DNA of 64,000 bases. Origin: a virus. Position 1 is the first letter of the stretch, and each line of letters starts with the position of its first letter. Both the position numbers and the translations under genes were made by a program. Positions 20,391-30,680 of this stretch are shown here, piece after piece. Location: IMG/VR virus record IMGVR_UViG_3300035142_000030, positions 12,722 through 76,721 of that record; one strand, 5' to 3'. The notes below the pieces were generated by a model. That model searched no databases. It saw only the letters and a list, made by a program, of their open reading frames with translations, and was not told the origin of the DNA.

Positions 20391-21054
20391 TTATGTTAAT
20401 GTACATGAAATTATTAAAAGTGATAAGGTTTATGTGCCTAAGTTGAAATGGAAATTTGAATATGAAAGCTATTTTTTAAGTGGTGATAGGCAGCAAATAT
20501 TGGATGCTATGTTTCAGCCCAAAAGTAAGGTTGTAAGAACAAATACAAGTTTTATCAGGAAGTTGGTTATAGAGATAGGGATTCAGGAGTTAAAGATTCG
20601 TAAGATAGTAGAAGGTAAAACAGCTAAAGGGTATCCTAAGATTATAGTATCTTGGCATAAACATCCTGGAAAGTATATGATAGATGGGGAGGAGTTTAAT
20701 AATTCTAGCGCTAGCAATAAGGACAACATTTATGATACTATAGACTGTTTGCATTTAGTACAAGATAAAGATAGAGCTTCTTTTGCAAAATATTGGTTTA
20801 GACCATTTACTAATTCATTTTCAAGGGAAACATTATTAAGAATCCCTAAGGGAAGGAAGTTTAAATGTATAGTTGCTCATGTAGAAGAAGCTTTTAAGGA
20901 AAGAGACAAGCAGATGTATTACAAACAAGGGAACAGAATAGGGCAGCCAATAGTATTATTAAAGCCAGAGATAGTTAAGGTTTATCCATTAGAAACTCCC
21001 AATAAGGATATAAAAATAGATTATTTTAAATTATATAAACCTATAAAATTATAA
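20365..21054 (+). CDS. Hypothetical protein
   Basis: 229 aa ORF in operon. Confidence 0.55.
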   Translation: MRRKCRPYNYVNVHEIIKSDKVYVPKLKWKFEYESYFLSGDRQQILDAMFQPKSKVVRTNTSFIRKLVIEIGIQELKIRKIVEGKTAKGYPKIIVSWHKHPGKYMIDGEEFNNSSASNKDNIYDTIDCLHLVQDKDRASFAKYWFRPFTNSFSRETLLRIPKGRKFKCIVAHVEEAFKERDKQMYYKQGNRIGQPIVLLKPEIVKVYPLETPNKDIKIDYFKLYKPIKL

Positions 21055-21057
21055 AAC

Positions 21058-21399
21058 ATGGAACAAATAATAGAGTATGAAGCTTTAGAAAGGAAAACAA
21101 TATCTCGTGTTGTATGGTTAGACATGGATAGAGTGTTTTTTATTTTTAACGATGATTCTTTTTGTATTATTAAAGGAAGCGGGTGGGAAGAACCATATGC
21201 TGAAATAGATACAAATGAATATAATTTAGAACCTTACGAATGGAACTATAATGATTTATATAAATTAGGATTCATATCGAAAGAAGAATATAAGAAAATA
21301 GCTAATAATGCTAAGGATATGCACAGAAAGAGAATAGAAGAAGCAGATTTAGAAAAAATAAACATACTAAAACAAAAATACCCACAATATTTTAAATAA
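21058..21399 (+). CDS. Hypothetical protein
   Basis: 113 aa ORF in operon. Confidence 0.55.
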   Translation: MEQIIEYEALERKTISRVVWLDMDRVFFIFNDDSFCIIKGSGWEEPYAEIDTNEYNLEPYEWNYNDLYKLGFISKEEYKKIANNAKDMHRKRIEEADLEKINILKQKYPQYFK

Positions 21400-21400
21400 C

Positions 21401-22684
21401 ATGGATACACAATTTTTTACAATAGATGAAATATCAGCCAAAAACTTTAAAGGGCTTAAAGATTTTAAAGCTGACCTAAATAATGTTTCTGTAATATTAT
21501 CAGGATCAGAAGGAGTAGGCAAGTCTAATATCTATCATTTGGTTGAAGGATTAAGAAAATTTAAAGGAGCTAAAATTACTAAAGGGGAAAAAGAAGGTAG
21601 TGGAGAGATCAGCATAAGTAAAGGGGACACTAACTATCGATTCTGCTTTAGTTTTACAGAGGACAATAAACATAAACTAACAACATATGTAGATGGAGAA
21701 GCTAAACCGATAACAAAAGCAAGGCAAGCTTATATTTTAGAACAACTATTAGCTCCAACATTTGATATTGATGCCTTATTAAACTCTTCAGGACAGAAAC
21801 AAGCAGAAATGGTAAAAGAGGCTTTACGGATAGATACTGTAAAAGAAGAGGCATACTACCAACAGAAGTTTGAAGAAAGAAGAGATTTAAAAAGGGATTT
21901 ATCTAAAAATCCTAAACCAGAAGAAGTGCCGGAAGCTAAAGAGGTAGACATAAATGATCTTTTAAAGCAGAAAAAGGCGATAGAAGAATTTAATGCTGAA
22001 CAAGACGCTAAACAAAAGATTATAGATTTCTATTTATCTATGAGTAAGAAGTTAGATAAACAGATTACCGATCCTGGTTCAGATGCTTACCTTAAACATA
22101 TAGCTACCTCTAAAAACATGCATAAAGATATTATTAAGTTTATCACAGAAAACATTTTCAAGTTAGATCAACCTAAAAAACATAAAACGCTTGAAGATGT
22201 AAATAGAAGCCTTGAGGGTGCGCAAAAGACTAACGAGAACGCTTTAGCTTATAAAAAATATTTGAGCTCTATAAAGGCTTTTAATGAGCTTAAAATAAAA
22301 GTTGATAAAGCAGAAGATGAAGTAAAGGAGGCTAGAGAAAGATTGTTAAACAAGATGAAGCAAGTGGACATTCCTGTGGACGGGCTTGAACTAGATATGC
22401 AGATGTCAGATAGTGGAAAGATAAGCACTACATTAACTTATAATGGGCTAGAGATGAACGATGCTAATATTAATACGAGTAAAAAATACGCCATTGCAGC
22501 TTACTTACAAATGAATTTATTTAAAGAAGGGAATCTAGGAGTATTCCATGTTAATTCTTCATTTATGAGTAATTCTACATTGCAAGATATAGCAAGGGAG
22601 TGTAGAAGATTAAATTTACAATGTCTTTTTGAGATAACTAGTAGAAAAGCTAATGAACCACTTAAAGTTGAATCTATTTTATAA
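21401..22684 (+). CDS. SMC/Rad50-like P-loop ATPase
   Basis: ISAKNFKGL, Walker A GSEGVGKS, central coiled coil. Confidence 0.75.
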   Translation: MDTQFFTIDEISAKNFKGLKDFKADLNNVSVILSGSEGVGKSNIYHLVEGLRKFKGAKITKGEKEGSGEISISKGDTNYRFCFSFTEDNKHKLTTYVDGEAKPITKARQAYILEQLLAPTFDIDALLNSSGQKQAEMVKEALRIDTVKEEAYYQQKFEERRDLKRDLSKNPKPEEVPEAKEVDINDLLKQKKAIEEFNAEQDAKQKIIDFYLSMSKKLDKQITDPGSDAYLKHIATSKNMHKDIIKFITENIFKLDQPKKHKTLEDVNRSLEGAQKTNENALAYKKYLSSIKAFNELKIKVDKAEDEVKEARERLLNKMKQVDIPVDGLELDMQMSDSGKISTTLTYNGLEMNDANINTSKKYAIAAYLQMNLFKEGNLGVFHVNSSFMSNSTLQDIARECRRLNLQCLFEITSRKANEPLKVESIL

Positions 22685-22696
22685 AACAATTGCTAA

Positions 22697-22897
22697 ATGA
22701 GAATAAATAAGTGTAAACTATTTGGTCATAAATGGATTCCTGTATTTATTAAAGGAGAATATAATGGAAAAACCATTAAATTTATTGCTTGCTTTTGTGA
22801 TAGATGCAGGAAAGGATATAATGAGGCACATGATATTAATAAGGCAGCAATAAATAGAGAATATGGAACTTATAGTGAGAAATATTTTAAGGATTAA
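22697..22897 (+). CDS. Small Cys/His-containing hypothetical protein
   Basis: CKLFGHKW ... CDRC. Confidence 0.5.
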   Translation: MRINKCKLFGHKWIPVFIKGEYNGKTIKFIACFCDRCRKGYNEAHDINKAAINREYGTYSEKYFKD

Positions 22898-22900
22898 GTA

Positions 22901-23170
22901 ATGACCCAACAAAAGAAAACATTTCTAATTAAATATACGGCTTTTGACAAGAAAGGGAAGGTTCTTAAAGCTAATGGTGAAATGAAGGTCAAGAATAAGG
23001 TTAGTAAATTTGAAGCTCAATGTAGCTTTGAAGAACATCTTAAAAAGAAGTATAATGATTTTGGAAGACTTGTGATTCATGGTTGCACTGAAGATATTGT
23101 GAGTAATATGTTTGGCGATATCGATTCGAATGCAATGGATATTTTCAATAAAATGTTTGGAGGATTATGA
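22901..23170 (+). CDS. Hypothetical protein
   Basis: 89 aa ORF in operon. Confidence 0.55.
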   Translation: MTQQKKTFLIKYTAFDKKGKVLKANGEMKVKNKVSKFEAQCSFEEHLKKKYNDFGRLVIHGCTEDIVSNMFGDIDSNAMDIFNKMFGGL

Positions 23171-23314
23171 AATGATACTACTATGGATATTATTTATATT
23201 AATCATTGTTTACTATATCTTTAAACCAGATATAGATATAACAAGAGAGAAGGATGTAATTCTCTATTATAATTGGTATAATACCAGAAAGTACATAATA
23301 GTGTTTAGATTGTA

Positions 23315-23725
23315 ATGGAGCTAAAAATATACGACGAACAGTGTAAATTAGATTTGTATAATGAACTAAAACGTAGGCGGCTGCCCTATAAGGTTAAAAT
23401 AGCTCCTATATTTCAGAATAGAACTCCTACACAAAATAAATATTACTGGAGTGTTGTGGTTAGGGGGCTTTCAGAAGAACTTGGGTACTATCCACATGAG
23501 ATACACCAACTACTGTTAAGTATGTTTGCTATGTTAGAAGAAAAAATAGATGAATATGGGAAAGCATACATAGTAGTTGAAAGTACAGCAAACATGGATA
23601 GCGTAAGAATGGAAATCTACTTAGATGACATTAGAAACTTCTTTTTGGCTGACTTTAATATTTACATACCAATGCCAGGAGAAGTTATTATAGAAGAAGT
23701 AACAGAGAAAATAATATATAAATAA
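23315..23725 (+). CDS. NinB/Orf-like recombination accessory protein
   Basis: RTPTQNKYYW...ELGY..HEIH..L...STANM motif pattern. Confidence 0.65.
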   Translation: MELKIYDEQCKLDLYNELKRRRLPYKVKIAPIFQNRTPTQNKYYWSVVVRGLSEELGYYPHEIHQLLLSMFAMLEEKIDEYGKAYIVVESTANMDSVRMEIYLDDIRNFFLADFNIYIPMPGEVIIEEVTEKIIYK

Positions 23726-23727
23726 TT

Positions 23728-24201
23728 ATGGAAAACAGAAAATCTAAAACAAAAGAAAGAAAGTTTTATAAGGAAAGCGAATATAACGGAAGATCACAAT
23801 TTACTTTCTTAATAAAATTTGAAGGTGATGACAAACAATATGTTTATAATTCATCTGTGAAAGAACCTAAATATTTTAAAGAGGGGGAGGAACAAGAATA
23901 TACCTATGAACATAAGACAGGAACAAAAAAAGATGGCACATCATGGGAGATGCATGTAGTAAAGCCCGTATACCCTAAACCTAATTTTGGAGGAAAAGGA
24001 GGATTCCAGCAGATGACTATTGAGGATTACATTCAAAGACAGAAAGTAGATTCTGTAGGATATGCTATGAGCTATGCAGAGAAGTTAGCAGAAGCTAAAG
24101 CAATAGAAATAAATAATCTATCGGAATACGCTAAGATAGTCCTTAACTGGATGTTAGCAGAAATAGATGAAGTAGCTAAAACTTTTAAAGAAAACGAATA
24201 A
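23728..24201 (+). CDS. Hypothetical protein, possibly ssDNA-binding
   Basis: Beta-rich N-terminus with Gly-rich linker in recombination module. Confidence 0.4.
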   Translation: MENRKSKTKERKFYKESEYNGRSQFTFLIKFEGDDKQYVYNSSVKEPKYFKEGEEQEYTYEHKTGTKKDGTSWEMHVVKPVYPKPNFGGKGGFQQMTIEDYIQRQKVDSVGYAMSYAEKLAEAKAIEINNLSEYAKIVLNWMLAEIDEVAKTFKENE

Positions 24202-24869
24202 TGGAAGATTACACAGAACAAAGATTAATAAATGTCCTTACTTTGGATATTGAAACGCTGCCATCGGGTAATCGCTTGACAGTTGATGAAATGAGAGAGA
24301 ACGCCCCCAAAAACTATAAGAAAGAAGACACCATAGTTAAATGGTGTGAGGAAAATATAGAAAATGAATATAGAGGTAGATCGTTAGATAGTTTAAAAGG
24401 GCGCATTTTATGTATTGGAATGAAATATAATGACGAAGAACCTATCATTATTCCTTATTATAAAGATGAGAGAGACTTAATGGATGATTTTACAGAGAAG
24501 CTTAACTCAATAGGTAAAGAAATCTATTCATGCGCTATTATGGGACATAACATTCGCAAATTTGATCTTCCTTGGCTTATACAGAGAGGTTTTAAATATG
24601 GTTTAAAAGATATTATAAGATTACTTCCTACAGATAAGTTTGATAAAAGATTAGTAGATACTAATGAATTGTTTAATGTGGGAGTGTATGCTCATTATAC
24701 GAAATTAAAAGATATGTGTATGTTCTTGGGGGTAGATACTCCGAAAGATGATATTGACGGCTCAGAAGTATATGATGTGTTTATGAAAGGAGAATTAGAC
24801 AGAATCTATACTTACTGCAAAAAAGATGTAGTTGCTACTTATGAATGCTATCAAAAGATGTTACCATAA
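24201..24869 (+). CDS. DEDD 3'-5' exonuclease (PolB-exo/DnaQ-like)
   Basis: LDIET, GHNIRKFDLP, YCKKDV motifs. Confidence 0.85.
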   Translation: MEDYTEQRLINVLTLDIETLPSGNRLTVDEMRENAPKNYKKEDTIVKWCEENIENEYRGRSLDSLKGRILCIGMKYNDEEPIIIPYYKDERDLMDDFTEKLNSIGKEIYSCAIMGHNIRKFDLPWLIQRGFKYGLKDIIRLLPTDKFDKRLVDTNELFNVGVYAHYTKLKDMCMFLGVDTPKDDIDGSEVYDVFMKGELDRIYTYCKKDVVATYECYQKMLP

Positions 24870-25072
24870 TGAATATACACTACAAAAAGGGAAAGCGTGC
24901 CAAAGAGTTATTAAATATATATAAGAATCCTTATAGACAAAATACTTATGAACACGAACAATGGAAGAAAGGATTTGATGAGGGCATACATGAACCTATA
25001 GATTATGAAGTAGAGATTCCTGATTGTGATGATGTATTAATTGAATATGAACCCTTAAATATAGATAAATGA
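24869..25072 (+). CDS. Hypothetical protein
   Basis: ATG overlapping the upstream stop. Confidence 0.45.
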   Translation: MNIHYKKGKRAKELLNIYKNPYRQNTYEHEQWKKGFDEGIHEPIDYEVEIPDCDDVLIEYEPLNIDK

Positions 25073-25356
25073 CAGAACAGCTATATAGGAAGAAAGGACG
25101 TAGATATGTACCAATAGGATATTCGGATGGCTTTAATGGCTTTCCTAGTGATGGATTTTGGTTAGTTCAGCAACGAGATGGGGTTAAGTCTTCAGAATGC
25201 ATTATTAAGATAGATGATTTAGAAAACTTAAAACCTGCTGCTAATTTTATATATGCATATAAGGATAGAATAGTCGACTTTATGTTGAAAAATGAGGTAA
25301 GTAGCAACAGTCTTAATCAATATGTTTTACAAATGATAAAGAATATTACAAAATGA
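25069..25356 (+). CDS. Hypothetical protein
   Basis: LYRKKGRRYVPI N-terminus; overlapping ORF. Confidence 0.55.
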   Translation: MTEQLYRKKGRRYVPIGYSDGFNGFPSDGFWLVQQRDGVKSSECIIKIDDLENLKPAANFIYAYKDRIVDFMLKNEVSSNSLNQYVLQMIKNITK

Positions 25357-25652
25357 GTATGGGAAAAATATTTAATATTAACGATGATTATAGAATAACA
25401 TCAGATAAATATCAGTATATCGTACAGAAACGATTCATTATTGATAAAGAAGGATCAAAGAATCATGGACAAGTGGACTGGCGTAATGAAGTTTACTTAC
25501 CTAAAATAGAAGATGTATTAGAATATTTTATGGATTTAGGAATTAAAGACCACATAGAGCACATCCATATGATTAATGAATATTTTAAAGATATGAGTGG
25601 TAAGTTTAAAGAGTTCTTAGATGCTTATAAAGATAGGAAGGGAAGGAAATGA
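25353..25652 (+). CDS. Hypothetical protein
   Basis: YRITSDKYQYIVQKR; overlapping ORF. Confidence 0.55.
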   Translation: MSMGKIFNINDDYRITSDKYQYIVQKRFIIDKEGSKNHGQVDWRNEVYLPKIEDVLEYFMDLGIKDHIEHIHMINEYFKDMSGKFKEFLDAYKDRKGRK

Positions 25653-26161
25653 TAAAAATAGGAATCGATCCAGGAAAGAATGGATTTATATGCATAATGG
25701 ACGATATATCTGATATTGGATATATAGAGTGTAGATACTATCCTATTCCAGTTATTGGCAAGGAAATAGACTTAAAGGGATTAAATATTATATTTGAGAA
25801 CCCTAAATTGAAAATGGGAAATATACATTGCGTAATAGAAGATGTACATGCTATATTTGGTTCATCAGCTAAAGCTACATTTAGCTTTGGATGGATAGTA
25901 GGAGTATTAGAAGCTATGTTAGTGGCACATCAAATTTCTTATACTAAAGTTAAACCTAAAGATTGGCAAAAAGTAATGTGGGAAGGTATACCTAAACAAA
26001 AGAAACCTAATGGCAGAACAGACACTAAAGCTATGAGCTTATTAGCTGCAAAGAGATTGTTCCCTAATGAGGATTTAACAGCTACAGAAAGATCAATTAA
26101 ACCTCACGATGGAAAAATAGATGCTTTATTGTTAGCTGAATATTGTAGGAGGAAATTCTAA
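25649..26161 (+). CDS. RuvC-like Holliday junction resolvase
   Basis: IGIDPG, VIEDVH, FSFG, PKDWQK, HDGKIDALLLA motifs. Confidence 0.85.
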   Translation: MIKIGIDPGKNGFICIMDDISDIGYIECRYYPIPVIGKEIDLKGLNIIFENPKLKMGNIHCVIEDVHAIFGSSAKATFSFGWIVGVLEAMLVAHQISYTKVKPKDWQKVMWEGIPKQKKPNGRTDTKAMSLLAAKRLFPNEDLTATERSIKPHDGKIDALLLAEYCRRKF

Positions 26162-26655
26162 TGCCCAAACAATGTAAATATCCTGGATGTACAAATATTC
26201 CTTTCAGCAACACGCATGGATATTGCCTGTTTCACATGCCTAGAGCTCGTATAAAGAAAAAAAACATTTCTAAAGGGGAAAGTATTACAAAAAAGAGAAA
26301 GTCGATAAAAAACGCTTATTTTGGCTTTAAAACGCAAATGGAAATGTTTGACTATATATGGAACACAAGACCACACATTTGTTGGATGACACGAAGGCAA
26401 TTAAAATATGGCAAAGGAGATAGTAAATGGAAAAATCAGTTTGCACATGGTCTTCGTAAAGGAACTTACACATATTTTAAGTTGAATCCTGACAACATAA
26501 AACTACTTGATCCAATAATACATGATCTTGTAGATAATTTTAAAGAGGAATATAGACAACAACTTCCACATATAGATTTTGATAAATGGTTTAGTTACCA
26601 AGCAGAAATGAAAATTAAATACAAAGATTTTAAAGATAAAAATTTATTGGCATGA
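26161..26655 (+). CDS. HNH-like/NinG-like nuclease
   Basis: Cys-rich N-terminus; FAHGL.K..Y..FKLNPDNI.LL...H. Confidence 0.5.
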   Translation: MPKQCKYPGCTNIPFSNTHGYCLFHMPRARIKKKNISKGESITKKRKSIKNAYFGFKTQMEMFDYIWNTRPHICWMTRRQLKYGKGDSKWKNQFAHGLRKGTYTYFKLNPDNIKLLDPIIHDLVDNFKEEYRQQLPHIDFDKWFSYQAEMKIKYKDFKDKNLLA

Positions 26656-26927
26656 GAACTCCAAGAACAGACTTCGAAAAATTATTATTTGCTCATAATT
26701 ATATTAAGATACTCAAAAAACAAGTAAAAGATTTAGAGTATAAGGTGTATTGCCTTAGTTATTTAGAGAATGAAAAAGAAGTTAATATAGAGTCTAATAA
26801 GTTTAAAAAATATAATAGGAATCTAATTAAACAGAATAAGGATTTAATAAAAAAGAATAAACAGCAAAAGGATAATATTAACCAATTGCAAATAGCAATT
26901 AATAAATTAAAGAAGGAAAAAGTATGA
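26652..26927 (+). CDS. Coiled-coil hypothetical protein
   Basis: 91 aa overlapping ORF. Confidence 0.5.
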   Translation: MRTPRTDFEKLLFAHNYIKILKKQVKDLEYKVYCLSYLENEKEVNIESNKFKKYNRNLIKQNKDLIKKNKQQKDNINQLQIAINKLKKEKV

Positions 26928-27109
26928 AAATAAGCAAAACAATTAAAGAAGGCAAGATAACATCATTCTCTATCACATTTGAAGATGACGAGGAGGTAGG
27001 ATGTGCTGAAGATATGACTATATTCTCGGAAAGAGCATTGGTTAATCATTTTGAATATAGAAATAAACTACCAGATATTGTGTCACGCATTAAAAAGGAA
27101 CTACAATGA
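26924..27109 (+). CDS. Hypothetical protein
   Basis: 61 aa overlapping ORF. Confidence 0.45.
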   Translation: MKISKTIKEGKITSFSITFEDDEEVGCAEDMTIFSERALVNHFEYRNKLPDIVSRIKKELQ

Positions 27110-27288
27110 AAGAATATGAGCAATTTTTATTGGATGAATTTAATAATCTTAAAGAAGAATATCCAGCATTAATAAACACAGCAAAGGAATACAAAGAAGG
27201 ATTTAATATAGTCCTTGCAGCAATAGAACGTAGAACAAAAGCACATAAAGCAGTACTTACAAAATGGCTAAAGCAAAAACTATCATAG
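27106..27288 (+). CDS. Hypothetical protein
   Basis: 60 aa overlapping ORF. Confidence 0.45.
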   Translation: MKEYEQFLLDEFNNLKEEYPALINTAKEYKEGFNIVLAAIERRTKAHKAVLTKWLKQKLS

Positions 27289-27731
27289 AAGACCCTAAAA
27301 TAGATTCTATATGGAAAGTTATAGAATCTACAGTGTTGGGCGCATTGAATAAAGAACCTATGCTATTTGGTTCTCCTAAACATATCGTAACAGTAGATAT
27401 GTTACGCAATAAAGGGCGTAAAAAGGAAATAGTTGTATCTCGACAGTTGTGTTATTATTTTGCTATGTATGTTTTTAACGATGTACTAAACGATCAACCG
27501 GGACGTAATAAAGTTAATTATATGGCATTAGCATCCAGATACGATCAAGATCATGCTACAGTTATTCATTCAATAGAGACTATAAAAAAATATCGTGACA
27601 CAGAACGTCAAATATTACGTCTTATTCTTTCTTGTATAGACAAAATATTGGGTAAAATTAAAGACGGAAGTATAAGACAGCCAGCCCATAAATACTACGA
27701 TTGGTTGTATCCTAAAAGCGAAATATATTAA
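27264..27731 (+). CDS. DnaA C-terminal (domain IV) HTH-like protein
   Basis: GRKKEIVVSRQLCYY ... DHATVIHS signature. Confidence 0.75.
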   Translation: MAKAKTIIEDPKIDSIWKVIESTVLGALNKEPMLFGSPKHIVTVDMLRNKGRKKEIVVSRQLCYYFAMYVFNDVLNDQPGRNKVNYMALASRYDQDHATVIHSIETIKKYRDTERQILRLILSCIDKILGKIKDGSIRQPAHKYYDWLYPKSEIY

Positions 27732-27808
27732 TACATTTGTTTTGTTAAATTATTATTCGTATATTAGCCCCTTTAAAATTAACCAAATGTTAAACGAAAT
27801 TAAAAGTA

Positions 27809-28333
27809 ATGAAATGCGTAATAATAACTTTAATAGTCATTTTTATTAATTTAAGCACATTTAAAGGACTTTATACCCCGAATCTATCTAACTATGTCAC
27901 GGAACAAAAAGAGTCGAATATAGAGCGTAAAATACGCTTAAACGAAATTTTAAATCAAAAAGAGTTCTCTGAGCAAGCCTTAAGAGAACTTTTAGTATTA
28001 TTAGAAGTACCTGATCCTAAAATTTCTTTTAATCAAGCAAGACTTGAAACAGGAAACTTTACATCAAGAGTTTTTAAAGAGGGGAATAACTTATTTGGCA
28101 TGCACATGCCAAGAGTGAGAGACACTTATGCTTTTGAATATATGATAGCTGATAATAATAGAAGGGTAGCAAAGTATAGAAGTTGGCAATCAGGAGTGCT
28201 TGACTATGTACTTCTTATTAAATATTACTCTGATTTGGGGTACGACACTACTTGTTTTTATACATTTTTAATAAATATAAATTATTGCGAGTTAGGGGGA
28301 GGGTATCTAGATATTCTCAAACAAATGACGTAA
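27809..28333 (+). CDS. Glucosaminidase/FlgJ-like peptidoglycan hydrolase with N-terminal TM/signal
   Basis: QARLETGNF...NNLFGM ... Y.SW..GV.DY motifs. Confidence 0.75.
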   Translation: MKCVIITLIVIFINLSTFKGLYTPNLSNYVTEQKESNIERKIRLNEILNQKEFSEQALRELLVLLEVPDPKISFNQARLETGNFTSRVFKEGNNLFGMHMPRVRDTYAFEYMIADNNRRVAKYRSWQSGVLDYVLLIKYYSDLGYDTTCFYTFLININYCELGGGYLDILKQMT

Positions 28334-28365
28334 AAAAGGGAAGACTAATCATCTTCCCTTCCTTT
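28332..28365. terminator. Probable bidirectional terminator between convergent blocks
   Basis: AAGGGAAGA..TCTTCCCTT stem at the convergence point. Confidence 0.55.
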
Positions 28366-28563
28366 TAATACATTTCGTAATACTACGACATCTTCATTCT
28401 GTGTAAGCACCTTTCTAATCTTTCTAAAATCACCTGTTTTACTTTTGAAGTTATTGCGCTCTATACATAGCTCTACTGCTTGAGCTTCTTCTACAGGGTT
28501 TAACTTATAACTAAATTCAGGAAAATCTTGCATTACGCTTTCTAATTGTACTGTATCAATCAT
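28345..28563 (-). CDS. Hypothetical protein
   Basis: 72 aa ORF. Confidence 0.5.
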   Translation of the reverse strand: MIDTVQLESVMQDFPEFSYKLNPVEEAQAVELCIERNNFKSKTGDFRKIRKVLTQNEDVVVLRNVLKGREDD

Positions 28564-28626
28564 ATATGTTTATAGGTTTTAAATAAAGTAAAAATGGATT
28601 GTAAATATACTTCAAAAAAGGTTACA

Positions 28627-28899
28627 CTATTGCTCTATATTTTCTTCCTTAAAAACAAATAGTTGACCTGATTTTATATATTTAAGCAGATGTTCGTCTG
28701 TGGTGTGTTCGGTTATTTCATAAAGCTCATATCTTTTTGAGAGACATCCATAGATAAGATATTTCATTCCTATATTACGCCTGTGATAGTTCCATTCATT
28801 AGGGTCTATGGTTACAAAAGCCCATATACTTTTACATGGGCTTGCGTTGTCTGGTAGTTCATTGTAGAACTCTAATCCTAGAAAGTCTGTTTTATGCAT
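28627..28899 (-). CDS. Hypothetical protein
   Basis: 90 aa ORF. Confidence 0.55.
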   Translation of the reverse strand: MHKTDFLGLEFYNELPDNASPCKSIWAFVTIDPNEWNYHRRNIGMKYLIYGCLSKRYELYEITEHTTDEHLLKYIKSGQLFVFKEENIEQ

Positions 28900-28945
28900 C
28901 TTTATTTCTTATTTCTTTTTATTAAAACGCAATCTTTGTTATCTT

Positions 28946-29224
28946 TCATATCTTAGTATATTTAATTAATTCTTGAGGAAGTCTATATAGTGTAATAAGA
29001 ATATCATCATGAAAGAAAAATACATTCTCTCCATATATTCTAGGATTATTACATACTTTATGTATCTTCCATTTTCTGTTTAAATATTTTGTTAGTTTAC
29101 TTTTTGTGTCAGCATGAGTCATGCCTTCTTCAAATGCTTTCTTAGCCATTCTTTCTAATGTCTTGTTCTTCCATTTGAAGCGTTCTTTTGCCTTATCTTT
29201 GGCGTGAGATGTTATTTGTATCAT
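28946..29224 (-). CDS. Hypothetical protein (ITSHA..KA.ER motif, possible small RNase-like fold)
   Basis: Likely start MIQITSHAK. Confidence 0.45.
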   Translation of the reverse strand: MIQITSHAKDKAKERFKWKNKTLERMAKKAFEEGMTHADTKSKLTKYLNRKWKIHKVCNNPRIYGENVFFFHDDILITLYRLPQELIKYTKI

Positions 29225-29552
29225 AATATAATTCTTTTTTATCCGATTTCCCTTTAATGGCATATACTACTTGATCTCCTTTTTGAGTTTTAGGAATAGT
29301 GAATTCAGCAATAGCTAAGATAGTAAACTCATCAACTTTTGTAATGGACATTAAATACTCATCTATTTGTTTTATTTCGTATTCTCTTATTTCTTCCCAA
29401 TATTTATCTAATACAATTTCTTCATCAAACATAGGAATATTTTCTCCTTTAGGAGTCATCCAGAAGAAACTATTAGGGTCTAATATGGGCTTTGTATATA
29501 TCTTAACAACAATATCCCCATCTTTTATTTCATTTCCTTGCCAGTCTTTCAT
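29193..29552 (-). CDS. Hypothetical protein (YopX C-terminal-like start)
   Basis: KDWQGNEIKDGDIV. Confidence 0.5.
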   Translation of the reverse strand: MKDWQGNEIKDGDIVVKIYTKPILDPNSFFWMTPKGENIPMFDEEIVLDKYWEEIREYEIKQIDEYLMSITKVDEFTILAIAEFTIPKTQKGDQVVYAIKGKSDKKELYYDTNNISRQR

Positions 29553-30217
29553 AATATAGCCATTACATCTTTACGTTGAAAATAAACATATTGATTACCA
29601 TCTAATCTTAATTGGTATTCAGCTTCTAAAACAGGATAATTTTTAGCTTTAGTAATTACTTTACTTCCTTCAGTAATTATAGGATCATCGGTTATGTTGT
29701 CATCCTTGTAGGCAGTGTTATGAACTCCTGCTACTTTTATTTCAAATCTATCCTCGTAAAAGGATTCCTTAATCTCCAATTCAGATCCCTTTGTTTTAGG
29801 TAGTTTTTGAGCCAATACAAAGCCGTTTAACATCTCTGTGGTATCAGTGTCCATATTGGGATTTAATTGCAATATGAGGCTTCTATATGGTAATACGTAG
29901 TATATTATATTATCACATACTACTTTTTCACAGGTTATGCCTTCGAGGTAACCGAAATAAACAATGTTACCTATTCTAGGGACAGTAGGGTTATGCCAGG
30001 GAGTTCCTGCTTCGTCATAAGTAACGCTTTCTGGTAACTTAGTTATATAACCACGCCTTACGCTATGCTCACCAGCGTCCCAGTCTAATCCATCCTTTGT
30101 TTTGCCTAACTTTATTTCTACGTCTCCTATGTTTAGCTTATCAGTATCATCAATGATTTTTACTAAAACATAGTTCTTTCTTATTTTAGCTTTTTCTATA
30201 TCTGTTATTTGTATCAT
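29549..30217 (-). CDS. Tandem GroES-like co-chaperonin protein
   Basis: Two cpn10-like repeats (NYVLVK..G.I..GNIVYF; GFVLAQK..GSKVI..YVYFQRKDVMAIL). Confidence 0.55.
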   Translation of the reverse strand: MIQITDIEKAKIRKNYVLVKIIDDTDKLNIGDVEIKLGKTKDGLDWDAGEHSVRRGYITKLPESVTYDEAGTPWHNPTVPRIGNIVYFGYLEGITCEKVVCDNIIYYVLPYRSLILQLNPNMDTDTTEMLNGFVLAQKLPKTKGSELEIKESFYEDRFEIKVAGVHNTAYKDDNITDDPIITEGSKVITKAKNYPVLEAEYQLRLDGNQYVYFQRKDVMAIL

Positions 30218-30447
30218 ATTTTAGTTTTTATATATTCTTTAACATCTCGTAAAATAGTTCCATTATGCTTACATACAATATCAGCTATTTGTATATCATG
30301 CTCAAGTTCGTCATCATATTGAACATGTTCGATACTGTTATTTAATTGAGCCTCCAATGGATATACTAATAAGGCAGCTAATAAATCATTGTATTTGCCT
30401 AATAGTACCTCCATATACTTTTTATTAAAATATTCTTGTTTTGTCAT
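30214..30447 (-). CDS. Hypothetical protein
   Basis: 77 aa ORF. Confidence 0.5.
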   Translation of the reverse strand: MTKQEYFNKKYMEVLLGKYNDLLAALLVYPLEAQLNNSIEHVQYDDELEHDIQIADIVCKHNGTILRDVKEYIKTKI

Positions 30448-30449
30448 AA

Positions 30450-30680
30450 TTAATATTGTTTTAATGGTTCTTTAGAGTCTGGCCTTCTCATAAAATTTAA
30501 ATCGTTTATCAACTCTTTTGGTAAATGATCTAACATATGCATTTCAAAAACATTGTCCTCGATATGTTCAAACCAATAGGATAAAAATCTATATTTTATT
30601 ATACCCTCATGCGATATTTTAGTTCCGTGATTGATTAATAAATTCACTACATCTTCAGATAATTTTATTGTATATTTCAT
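30450..30680 (-). CDS. Hypothetical protein
   Basis: 76 aa ORF. Confidence 0.5.
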   Translation of the reverse strand: MKYTIKLSEDVVNLLINHGTKISHEGIIKYRFLSYWFEHIEDNVFEMHMLDHLPKELINDLNFMRRPDSKEPLKQY

